Assembly (NCBI GenBank): GCA_965248355.1
Contig: OZ252098.1
Span: forward strand, 2,944,001 to 3,008,000
Source: Candidatus Latescibacterota bacterium
Lineage (GTDB): Bacteria > Latescibacterota > UBA2968 > UBA8231
Length of the DNA: 64,000 bases
Direction of reading: 5' to 3'
Numbering within the stretch: the first letter of the stretch is position 1; every line of letters begins with the position of its first letter. Shown in pieces: positions 57,190 through 64,000 of the stretch. A model generated the notes under the pieces. The model saw only the letters and a program-made list of their open reading frames with translations, had not been told where the DNA came from and ran no database searches. The translations under genes were made by a program, and so were the position numbers.

Positions 57190-58365
57190 ATGCCCGCGAA
57201 GTACACAGCCGCCATCGTCGGATGCGGCGGCATCGGACAGGCCCACATGGCCGGCTACGACCTCGTGGACGAGGTCGAGGTGGTGGCCGTGGCCGATCCC
57301 GTCCCCGAGGCCCGGACCCGTTACATCGAGGAGGCCTACCCCCACCTGAACCTGCGGGGCTTCGAGAGCGTGGAGCGGATGCTGGCCGAGGCCCGGCCCG
57401 ACATCGTCAGCGTGTGCACCTGGCACCTGCTGCATCCGGCGCCGACGATCGCCGCGGCCGAGGCCGGCGCCAGGGCGGTGATCTGCGAGAAGCCCATGGC
57501 CATCGGCCTGGGCGCCGCCGACCGCATGGTGGAGGCCTGCGAGGCCAGCGGCACCCGGCTCGTGGTCAGCCACCAGCGGCGCTTCACCAAGGGCTGGGAG
57601 AAGGCCCGCGAGCTGATGCGCCAGGGCGCCGTGGGCGAGGCCGTGATGGTCACCAACAAGGTCGCCGACGGGCTGACGAACTGGGGGACCCATTCCATCG
57701 ACGGCTCGCGCTTCGTCCTCGGCGATCCGAACCCACGGTGGGTGATGGGCGCCGTCGAGCGCCTCACCGACCGCTACGAGCGCGGCACGGCGATCGAGGA
57801 CTCCTGCCTGGGGCTGGTCCATTTCGACGGGGACGTGCAGCTGCTGATCCAGTCCGACCTGATGCGGGAGGGAGCCACGGCGGGCTCCTTCCAGATCCGC
57901 GGCACCGAGGGACTGATGGAGGTCAGCGAGGGCCAGGTGCGGGTGATGAACGCCGGCGCCGCCGGCTGGCAGGAGATCGACCTGGAGCTGCGGGAAGGAG
58001 ACCTGGCCATCGGCGGCAACACCAACGCCGCCCAGGTGCGGGAGCTCGTCCAGTGGCTCGAGGGCGAGGTGGACGAGCACCGCGGCTCCGGCGCGCAGGC
58101 GCGGGTCACGGTGGAGATCATGATGGGGCTGTACGAGTCGGCCCGCCGCCGCCGGGTCATCCACTTCCCGCTGCAGGAGAAGGGATACCCCCTGGACCTG
58201 ATGATCGAGGCGGGGGAGCTGCCGGTGGAGGTCGACGGCCGCTACGACATCCGCGGCTACAAGAGTTGGGACGGCGTCGACCGCGGGCGCTACCAGGCCC
58301 TGCGCGGCGAAGGGCTGGCCCACCACGAGGCCATGCGCCGGCTCCACGACGAGATGGAGGGATAG
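57190..58365 (+). CDS. Gfo/Idh/MocA oxidoreductase
   Basis: IVGCGGIG, ICEKPMA, HQRRF, GTHSID. Confidence 0.92.
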   Translation: MPAKYTAAIVGCGGIGQAHMAGYDLVDEVEVVAVADPVPEARTRYIEEAYPHLNLRGFESVERMLAEARPDIVSVCTWHLLHPAPTIAAAEAGARAVICEKPMAIGLGAADRMVEACEASGTRLVVSHQRRFTKGWEKARELMRQGAVGEAVMVTNKVADGLTNWGTHSIDGSRFVLGDPNPRWVMGAVERLTDRYERGTAIEDSCLGLVHFDGDVQLLIQSDLMREGATAGSFQIRGTEGLMEVSEGQVRVMNAGAAGWQEIDLELREGDLAIGGNTNAAQVRELVQWLEGEVDEHRGSGAQARVTVEIMMGLYESARRRRVIHFPLQEKGYPLDLMIEAGELPVEVDGRYDIRGYKSWDGVDRGRYQALRGEGLAHHEAMRRLHDEMEG

Positions 58366-58367
58366 GG

Positions 58368-59180
58368 ATGTACTCGGTTTCCTACGACGGCTCCAACCGG
58401 AAGATCCTGTGGCAGGAGATGCTGCGGCACGAGTTCGAGGAGGCCGTCACCCAGGCCCCGGTGGTGATCGTGCCCGTGGGCTCGGTGGAGCAGCACGGCC
58501 CCCACTGCCCGATGGACGTGGACATCTCCGCCCCCTTCCACATGGCCGCCGAGGTGGCGCGGCGGGTCGAGGACTTCCCCGTCATCGTGGCGCCGCCGAT
58601 CTGGTCGGGGTTCACCCACTACAACATGGGCTTCGCCGGGACCATCTCCCTGCGCCTGGAGACCTTCCAGGCCCTGGTGGCCGACGTCTGCCGCAGCATC
58701 CACGCCAACGGCTTCGAGCGCATCGTCACCCTCAACGGGCACGGCGGCAACGCGGCGCCCTGCCGCGCCGTCAGCTGGCAGCTGGCCGAGGAGGACGTCT
58801 TCACCCTCAGCTTCAGCTGGTGGGACGCGGTGGCCGCCGAGCTGCGGGAGTGGAGCGCCACCTGCGAAGGGGTCGGTCACGGGGGCGAGTGGGAGACGGC
58901 GGTCCAGCTGCACCTGCGGGCCCAGATGGTCGACATGGAACGGGCCTCCGCCGACGACTCGCTGACGGCTCCCTTGGAAGGGCTGCCCTTCGCCGAGTTC
59001 GCCGAGCGCCGCCGCGACACGGCCGCGGGCACCGGCATCATGGGCGACGCCCTGGCGGCCTCTGCGGAAAAGGGCGGGCGGATCTTCGAGCTGACCTGCC
59101 GGCGGCTGGAGGAGTTGGCCCGCCGCTACCACGAGCTGCCGGTCCGCCACTACCGCGAGTTCGGCAGCTTCAGCCGCTAG
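58368..59180 (+). CDS. Creatininase-family amidohydrolase
   Basis: PVGSVEQHGPH, NGHGGN, HGGEWET. Confidence 0.92.
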   Translation: MYSVSYDGSNRKILWQEMLRHEFEEAVTQAPVVIVPVGSVEQHGPHCPMDVDISAPFHMAAEVARRVEDFPVIVAPPIWSGFTHYNMGFAGTISLRLETFQALVADVCRSIHANGFERIVTLNGHGGNAAPCRAVSWQLAEEDVFTLSFSWWDAVAAELREWSATCEGVGHGGEWETAVQLHLRAQMVDMERASADDSLTAPLEGLPFAEFAERRRDTAAGTGIMGDALAASAEKGGRIFELTCRRLEELARRYHELPVRHYREFGSFSR

Positions 59181-60537
59181 GCGCGCCCGGCGCCGGCCGC
59201 AGAACCGCCCCGGGCCCCCCATCCGGCGGATCCCGCCGCTGGAACAGGATCCCGAGCAGGACCCAGAAGGCCCCCGCCGTGGCGGGCATGTGCAGCGGAT
59301 AGCTGACCAGCCCGTGGACCATGACCGCCGCGCAGGCGCCGAGGGCGGCCCGGATCACGGGGTCGCCGGCGCGCCAGGCGGGGCCGAGGGCCCCCAGAAC
59401 TCCCCCGGCGATCAGGCCGATCAGCGGCAGGAGGCCCGCGAGGCCGGACTCGGCGGCCGCCTGCAGCAGCTCGTTGTGGGCGTGGCGGGGAATGCCCCCC
59501 CTGACGGTGGCCAGCAGCCGGGCCTCCTGCCCGTCGGCCAAGAGCGCCCCCGCCGCCGGAAACCGTCCGGGGCCCGCCCCGAACCAGGGATCGGTCACGA
59601 ACAGGCGCCAGGCGAGGCTCCGGAGCACCCGCCGGTGCACCAGAGTGGCGTCCTGGTCGGCCGCATCCCCGGCCACGTTCAGCATCGCCTTCAGCCGCTG
59701 GCCCACCGAGACCTCCCCCTGGCGGTTGCTCATGACCGGCTGGTGACGGAGCATCAGCGCCACGCCCCCGGCGGCCAGCAGCAGCAGGAGCGCTCCCCAG
59801 GGCCGGGCCCGGCGCCGTCCCAGGCGCGCGGCGCGGGCGTGGCCCGCGAGGACCACGGCGGTCCCCGCCAGGCCGCCGGCCAGCGCCCCCCGGCTTCCGG
59901 CCAGCAGCAGGACGCCGAAGAGGAGGAGGCCCGCCAGACCCAGCCCGACCGCCGGACGCCAACGGACCCCGCCGGTGGCGCCCCAGGCTCCCAGGCAGGC
60001 GGTCAGCACCAGCGGCAGGGCGGCGGCCAGGAAGCCGGCGAGATGATTGGGGTTGGCGAAGGGTCCCACGACCCGGTCGGGGAAGTGGTCGACCCGGGGA
60101 ACCGGGTCCCAGCCGGCGTGCTGGGCGGCGGCGTGCAGGGCGGCCACGACCGCGCCGGCGGCGATGCCGGCCATGGCGATCCGGGCGTCCGCGCCGCGAT
60201 GGAGCTGCCAGCCCACGAAGAGGGCCCCCGCCCCTAGCAGGGCGGGCAGGAGGGCGGCGGGCTCGAAGGATCGGCTGAGGATGGCGCTGATCACCAGGCC
60301 CGCGACCCAGGCCGCCGCCGGCCAGAGCAGGCGCCGGGGGGGCCGCCGGGGGGAGCGCCGGAGAAGGCCCGCGGCCAGGAGGGCGGCGGCCGCCGTCAGG
60401 CCGAGGGCCAGGGGGCCCCGCGACCCCAGGGCGGGGGGGAGGAGGGCGAGGAGCCCGAGGGAGAGGGAGACCCAGCGGGCGAGGATGGAGGACTCGCTCC
60501 AGCGTTGACGGAGAGAGAGGTCCCCCCTAGCTTCCAA
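59170..60537 (-). CDS. O-antigen ligase-family membrane protein
   Basis: Multi-TM; FANPNHLAG, SRGA, GAGPGRF, HAHNELLQ; start uncertain. Confidence 0.82.
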   Translation of the reverse strand: MEARGDLSLRQRWSESSILARWVSLSLGLLALLPPALGSRGPLALGLTAAAALLAAGLLRRSPRRPPRRLLWPAAAWVAGLVISAILSRSFEPAALLPALLGAGALFVGWQLHRGADARIAMAGIAAGAVVAALHAAAQHAGWDPVPRVDHFPDRVVGPFANPNHLAGFLAAALPLVLTACLGAWGATGGVRWRPAVGLGLAGLLLFGVLLLAGSRGALAGGLAGTAVVLAGHARAARLGRRRARPWGALLLLLAAGGVALMLRHQPVMSNRQGEVSVGQRLKAMLNVAGDAADQDATLVHRRVLRSLAWRLFVTDPWFGAGPGRFPAAGALLADGQEARLLATVRGGIPRHAHNELLQAAAESGLAGLLPLIGLIAGGVLGALGPAWRAGDPVIRAALGACAAVMVHGLVSYPLHMPATAGAFWVLLGILFQRRDPPDGGPGAVLRPAPGAPSG

Positions 60538-60598
60538 GGCTCACCCGCCGCATTCGTCCTCCCGTCGGCGGCCCCCTCATGCACAGGAGGCTAGCGCC

Positions 60599-60820
60599 AT
60601 CGCCCGGGTCAATCGCAAAGAGTTCACGGCCAAGCTCAAGCCCGAAGAGATCGACTACAAGCGGCTCGACGTGCTGTCGCGCTTCCTCACGCCCTTCGGC
60701 AAGATCGAGCCAGCCCGCCGGACCGGCGCCAGCCGGTCCCAGCAGACGAAAATCGTGCGCGCCATCAAGCGGGCCCGCCATCTCGGGCTGCTGCCCTTCA
60801 CTATCAACGATACGCGTTAG
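60599..60820 (+). CDS. rpsR: 30S ribosomal protein bS18 (Cys-free form), apparent ATC start
   Basis: Not in the ORF track; translates to (M)ARVNRKEFTAKLKPEEIDYKRLDVLSRFLTPFGKIEPARRTGASRSQQTKIVRAIKRARHLGLLPF...; AGGAGG 8 nt upstream. Confidence 0.92.
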   Translation: MARVNRKEFTAKLKPEEIDYKRLDVLSRFLTPFGKIEPARRTGASRSQQTKIVRAIKRARHLGLLPFTINDTR

Positions 60821-60835
60821 CCCGCCCCTTCCCAC

Positions 60836-61300
60836 GTGCCCGGGTCCGCCATCGGACTGATCGAGACCCGCGGCCTGGTCGGCGTCATCGAAGCCGCCGA
60901 TACCGCGGCCAAGACCGCCGATGTCCGGCTCCTTGGCTTCGAGCGCATCGGCGGCGGCTTCGTCTCTCTCAGCTTCCGGGGCGACACGGCCTCGGTGAGG
61001 ACCGCGGTCGAGGCCGCCCGCGAGGCGGCCTCTCGCGTCGGCGAGGTCGTGAGCGCCCACGTCATCCCGTCGCCGCGGATCGACGTGGAAGCCCTCGCCC
61101 CGGCGGCGCCCGATCCACGGCCGGAGAGGGACGCCCCCGAGCTCCCGGAGGTTCCGGAAGATCTCGAGGCGCTGCCGGTCACCCGGCTGCGCGGGCTGGC
61201 CCGGCAGACGGCCGGGCTCGGCCTCCAGGGCCGGCAGATCTCGCGCGCGAACAAGCAGCAGCTGATCCAGGCGTTGCGCCAGGCTCTGGGCGGCGCCTAG
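60836..61300 (+). CDS. BMC-H microcompartment shell protein with C-terminal helical extension
   Basis: AIGLIETRG...EAADTAAKTADV...GDTASVRTAVEA...HVIPSP; Pro/Glu linker; 'LEALPVTRLRGLAR...ISRANKQQLI'. Confidence 0.9.
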   Translation: MPGSAIGLIETRGLVGVIEAADTAAKTADVRLLGFERIGGGFVSLSFRGDTASVRTAVEAAREAASRVGEVVSAHVIPSPRIDVEALAPAAPDPRPERDAPELPEVPEDLEALPVTRLRGLARQTAGLGLQGRQISRANKQQLIQALRQALGGA

Positions 61301-61318
61301 CCGGTCGGGAGAGTGAGC

Positions 61319-61705
61319 ATGGACAGGACGTGGGATTCCATCAAGCGCGGGTTCCTTGAGGGCGCCGCCGCGGCCGCCCTCAAGGCGGGAGAGCTGACCC
61401 GCATCGGCCGCGCCCGGCTCGACATGGCCGCGGCCAGGACCCGCCTTTCGCGCCTGCACACCGAGCTCGGGCTGAAGACCTTCCGGCTCCTGGAGGAGGG
61501 CCGGGGCTCGGAGCTGGCCAACGACCACGGGGTTCGCGACCTGCGGCAGCGCATCCGCGAGGCGGCCGCCGACTTGCAGGAGTCGGAATCCGCGTACCAG
61601 CAGGTGCGCGGCGAGTCGGCCCAGCCGGAGGAAGCCCCGGAGCCCGAAGAAGCCCCGGAGCCCGAGGAGGGCCCGGAGGCGGAACAAGCCCCGGAGCGGA
61701 AGTAG
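61319..61705 (+). CDS. Hypothetical coiled-coil protein with PEEAPE tail
   Basis: Helical body; three to four 18-bp repeats at 61625-61696. Confidence 0.7.
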   Translation: MDRTWDSIKRGFLEGAAAAALKAGELTRIGRARLDMAAARTRLSRLHTELGLKTFRLLEEGRGSELANDHGVRDLRQRIREAAADLQESESAYQQVRGESAQPEEAPEPEEAPEPEEGPEAEQAPERK

Positions 61706-61779
61706 CGGGGCTACCCGCGGGCGGTCCGGGGTTCCAGCGGGACCACCCGGCGCCCGTGGCAGCAGCCCCTCCTGCAGTG

Positions 61780-62760
61780 TCAGCGGCGGCCCAACTCCCG
61801 GAACAAGCGCTCGGCGTTGCCCCAGAAGTGGTCCTCGATCTCGGACCGCGTCAGTCCCAGCATGTCGGCCACCTGCCGTTCCTGGCGCAGCTGCTCGTAG
61901 ATGACCCAGGTCCCCTCGGGATCGCAGTGGGGCAGGGCGGGGTCCCCGGCGTGGAAGTGCCAGGCGCCGGCGTAGGTCACGTACTTCCCGCGGATGCATC
62001 CGGCGACGACGTTGTCGGAGCCGAACATCACCCGTCGCCGGTCCTCGTGCTTCATCAGCAGGTAGTGGGCGTAGAGGTCGTTCACCGCCGAGGTGTCGTA
62101 CCAGATCCCGGGCAGCCCCTTGAGGAAGTGGATCGCCTCCTCGAGGAAGACGGCGTTGAAGCCGCGGGCGCAGTGGGCGAGGATCCAGCGGACGCCGGGG
62201 TAGACGCGGGTGTAGCGCTCCAGGTCGGCCAGGTTCTCGAAGTCGGCGGGACCGGCCCGCTTCGACAGGTGCATGGTCACGGCCAGGCCCCGCTGGTGGG
62301 CCACCTCGATGAGCGGCTCGGGCAGGAAGTCCCGGATCGGCGCCTCGGCGGGGTCGGGTGCGAAGGTCCGGTAGGGCTTGAGGCCGACGAAGCCGTGGCG
62401 CTCCACCATGGCGTCCACGTACTCGGCGCTCATGGCGGGGGTGACCATCATGTTGACGCCCGACCGCGGATCGGCGGCCATCTGCGCCGCCAGCCACTCG
62501 TTGTGGCCGTGGGCGTCCATGCCGACGATCGGCGTGGCCAGCACCAGGAAGTGGATCTCCCGCCCCGGGTACAGGGTCTCGGCCCAGGCCAGGTGGTCCT
62601 GGTAGTCGATCTCCCGCCGCAGGCCGCCCGGCTCCGAGTCGCCGGCGTGGGCCTCCGACCACATGTGCACGTGCATGTCGTAGAGGCGCCGCGGGACGAA
62701 GTCCTCGAGATCCCCCTCCCAGATCCGGCGGTCGATGTCGCGGTGGTCGATGGCGGTCAT
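61780..62760 (-). CDS. Amidohydrolase_2-family metallohydrolase
   Basis: YDMHVH, GFVGLKPY, ILAHC, WYDTS, MFGSD, FWGNAERL. Confidence 0.88.
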   Translation of the reverse strand: MTAIDHRDIDRRIWEGDLEDFVPRRLYDMHVHMWSEAHAGDSEPGGLRREIDYQDHLAWAETLYPGREIHFLVLATPIVGMDAHGHNEWLAAQMAADPRSGVNMMVTPAMSAEYVDAMVERHGFVGLKPYRTFAPDPAEAPIRDFLPEPLIEVAHQRGLAVTMHLSKRAGPADFENLADLERYTRVYPGVRWILAHCARGFNAVFLEEAIHFLKGLPGIWYDTSAVNDLYAHYLLMKHEDRRRVMFGSDNVVAGCIRGKYVTYAGAWHFHAGDPALPHCDPEGTWVIYEQLRQERQVADMLGLTRSEIEDHFWGNAERLFRELGRR

Positions 62761-62838
62761 GGCATCCTTTCGATGTGAGGGCCGTAGTTTATGGGCCCCC
62801 CATCGATGCCGCCATAACCCGACCGGGAGATCCCGCTC

Positions 62839-63726
62839 ATGGACCACCGCCTCGCCCGCGACCGAATCGCCTACCGCTTCGACAAGGCCCTGGAGCCGGT
62901 CCTCGAGATCGACCCCGGGGACCGGATAACCTTCGAGACCTTCGACGCCCGCACCGGCACCATCCTCTCCGACGGGGACCTGCTCGACCGGCCCCACCCG
63001 GCGGGGGCCAACCCGGCCACGGGTCCGGTTCGCGTGCGCGGCGCCGGGCCGGGGGACGGGTTGTGCGTCGAGATCGAGCACATCGAGCTGGCCGAGGCGG
63101 GCTTCCTGGCGGTGAAGAAGGGGGAGGGGCTGCTGGCGGCGCGCGCCGGGAGCTACGCCACGCGCATCGTCCCCGTGGCCGGCGGCATGGCCCGCTTCGG
63201 CGGCCTGCGCTTTCCCGTGCATCCCATGGTCGGCGTCATCGGCACGGCGCCGGCCGGGGAGCCGGTCTCCACCAGCTTCGCCGGACCCCACGGCGGCAAT
63301 ATGGACAACAAGCACGTGGGAGCCGGCGCCCGCGTGCACCTGCCGGTGGCCGTGCCCGGCGCCCTGCTCGGCCTCGGCGACGTGCACGCCGCCATGGGGG
63401 ACGGGGAGATCACCTTCATCGGCCTGGAGATCTGCGCCGAGGTGACGGTGCGGGTCGAGCTGGACCGGGGGGCGGGAACGAGGCGGCCCCTGGTCGAGAC
63501 CGCCGACCACTGGATCACCACCGGCGAGGGCGACAGTCTGGCCGCGGCGGCCCGGCTCGCCGCCGGCGAGATGGTCGACCTGATGCAGGCGCGGCTGGGT
63601 CTCGGCTTCGAGGACGCCTACATGCTGTCCAGCGCCGTGGTGGACGTGCAGATCTGCCAGTGCTGCGAGCCGGGGGCGTTTCCGGTGACGACCCGCGCCG
63701 TGGTGTCGAAGCAGGTCGTGCCCTGA
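62839..63726 (+). CDS. Acetamidase/formamidase family protein
   Basis: NPATGPV, PMVGVIG, PHGGNMD, GDVHAAMGDGE. Confidence 0.92.
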   Translation: MDHRLARDRIAYRFDKALEPVLEIDPGDRITFETFDARTGTILSDGDLLDRPHPAGANPATGPVRVRGAGPGDGLCVEIEHIELAEAGFLAVKKGEGLLAARAGSYATRIVPVAGGMARFGGLRFPVHPMVGVIGTAPAGEPVSTSFAGPHGGNMDNKHVGAGARVHLPVAVPGALLGLGDVHAAMGDGEITFIGLEICAEVTVRVELDRGAGTRRPLVETADHWITTGEGDSLAAAARLAAGEMVDLMQARLGLGFEDAYMLSSAVVDVQICQCCEPGAFPVTTRAVVSKQVVP

Positions 63727-63742
63727 GGGCGGGCGCCTTGCG

Positions 63743-64000
63743 CTAACGGGTGAAGACCGTGCCCCTCACGTACTCGCCGTCGTCGGAGGCGAGGAAGGCC
63801 AGCACCTTCGCCACCCCCGCGGGGTCCCCGAGGGAGCGCCGGGCCGCGGCCACGGCGGGCTCGGGATCCTCCCCCCGGGCCTCGGCGCCCTGGGCGATGT
63901 TGAGCAGCTTCAGCGGCGTGGCGATGCCGCCGGGGCAGATCACGTGCACGCGCGTGCCGCCCCCTCCCAGGTCCTGCTCGAAGTTGTACTGCATCCCGTG
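63743..64000 (-). CDS. SDR-family oxidoreductase, C-terminal part (runs off the window)
   Basis: RVHVICPGGIATP, VAKVLAFLASDDGEYVRG. Confidence 0.8.
   Translation of the reverse strand, partial: HGMQYNFEQDLGGGGTRVHVICPGGIATPLKLLNIAQGAEARGEDPEPAVAAARRSLGDPAGVAKVLAFLASDDGEYVRGTVFTR

Noticed and set aside
60579..60860. 93-aa ATG-started ORF
   Set aside because: S/R/P-rich alternative frame of rpsR; the Shine-Dalgarno lies downstream of this ATG.
61625..61696. 18-bp tandem repeats as a functional DNA array
   Set aside because: In-frame, degenerate, and encodes an ordinary low-complexity PEEAPE tail.
1..64000. CRISPR array, tRNA, rRNA or prophage/integrase genes
   Set aside because: I saw no regularly spaced repeat-spacer pattern, cloverleaf, rRNA-like segment or phage hallmark gene by eye; a covariance-model scan would be needed to exclude small ncRNAs.

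Overview
High-GC bacterial chromosome window, a mosaic of core genes and accessory segments. The core genes lie mostly at 42-64 kb: nadA, dapL, glnS/gltX, a DEAD-box helicase, topoisomerase IV parE/parC, pepF, a sigma-70 paralogue, arfB and rpsR. (1) 1-7.6 kb is the 3' part of a tightly coupled operon: YIP1 protein, S8 subtilase fused to a DUF1611-like P-loop domain, MacAB-type exporter and an acyl carrier protein. It looks like the maturation and export half of an acylated-peptide pathway whose precursor probably lies upstream of the window. (2) A lower-GC ABC-ATPase + PIN pair sits beside an IS3 element. (3) A membrane pentaheme cytochrome/TPR gene is coupled to a CRTAC1/ASPIC gene. (4) 20.4-32 kb is a decayed, partly duplicated region: a nonsense-split ImmA/IrrE-like gene, a repeated cache-rspA-Gfo block, beta-barrel paralogues, and a Zn-ribbon/nuclease/RecQ + coiled-coil + Fic cluster. 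(5) There are two VapBC modules and an NLR-like nuclease gene split by IS630. Signals not in the ORF track include a Cys-free S18 gene apparently starting at ATC, a MerR-like operator upstream of the sigma factor, and a 30-aa ORF after the ACP. I saw no rRNA, tRNA or CRISPR array. All family calls come from motif recognition by eye, not database searches.
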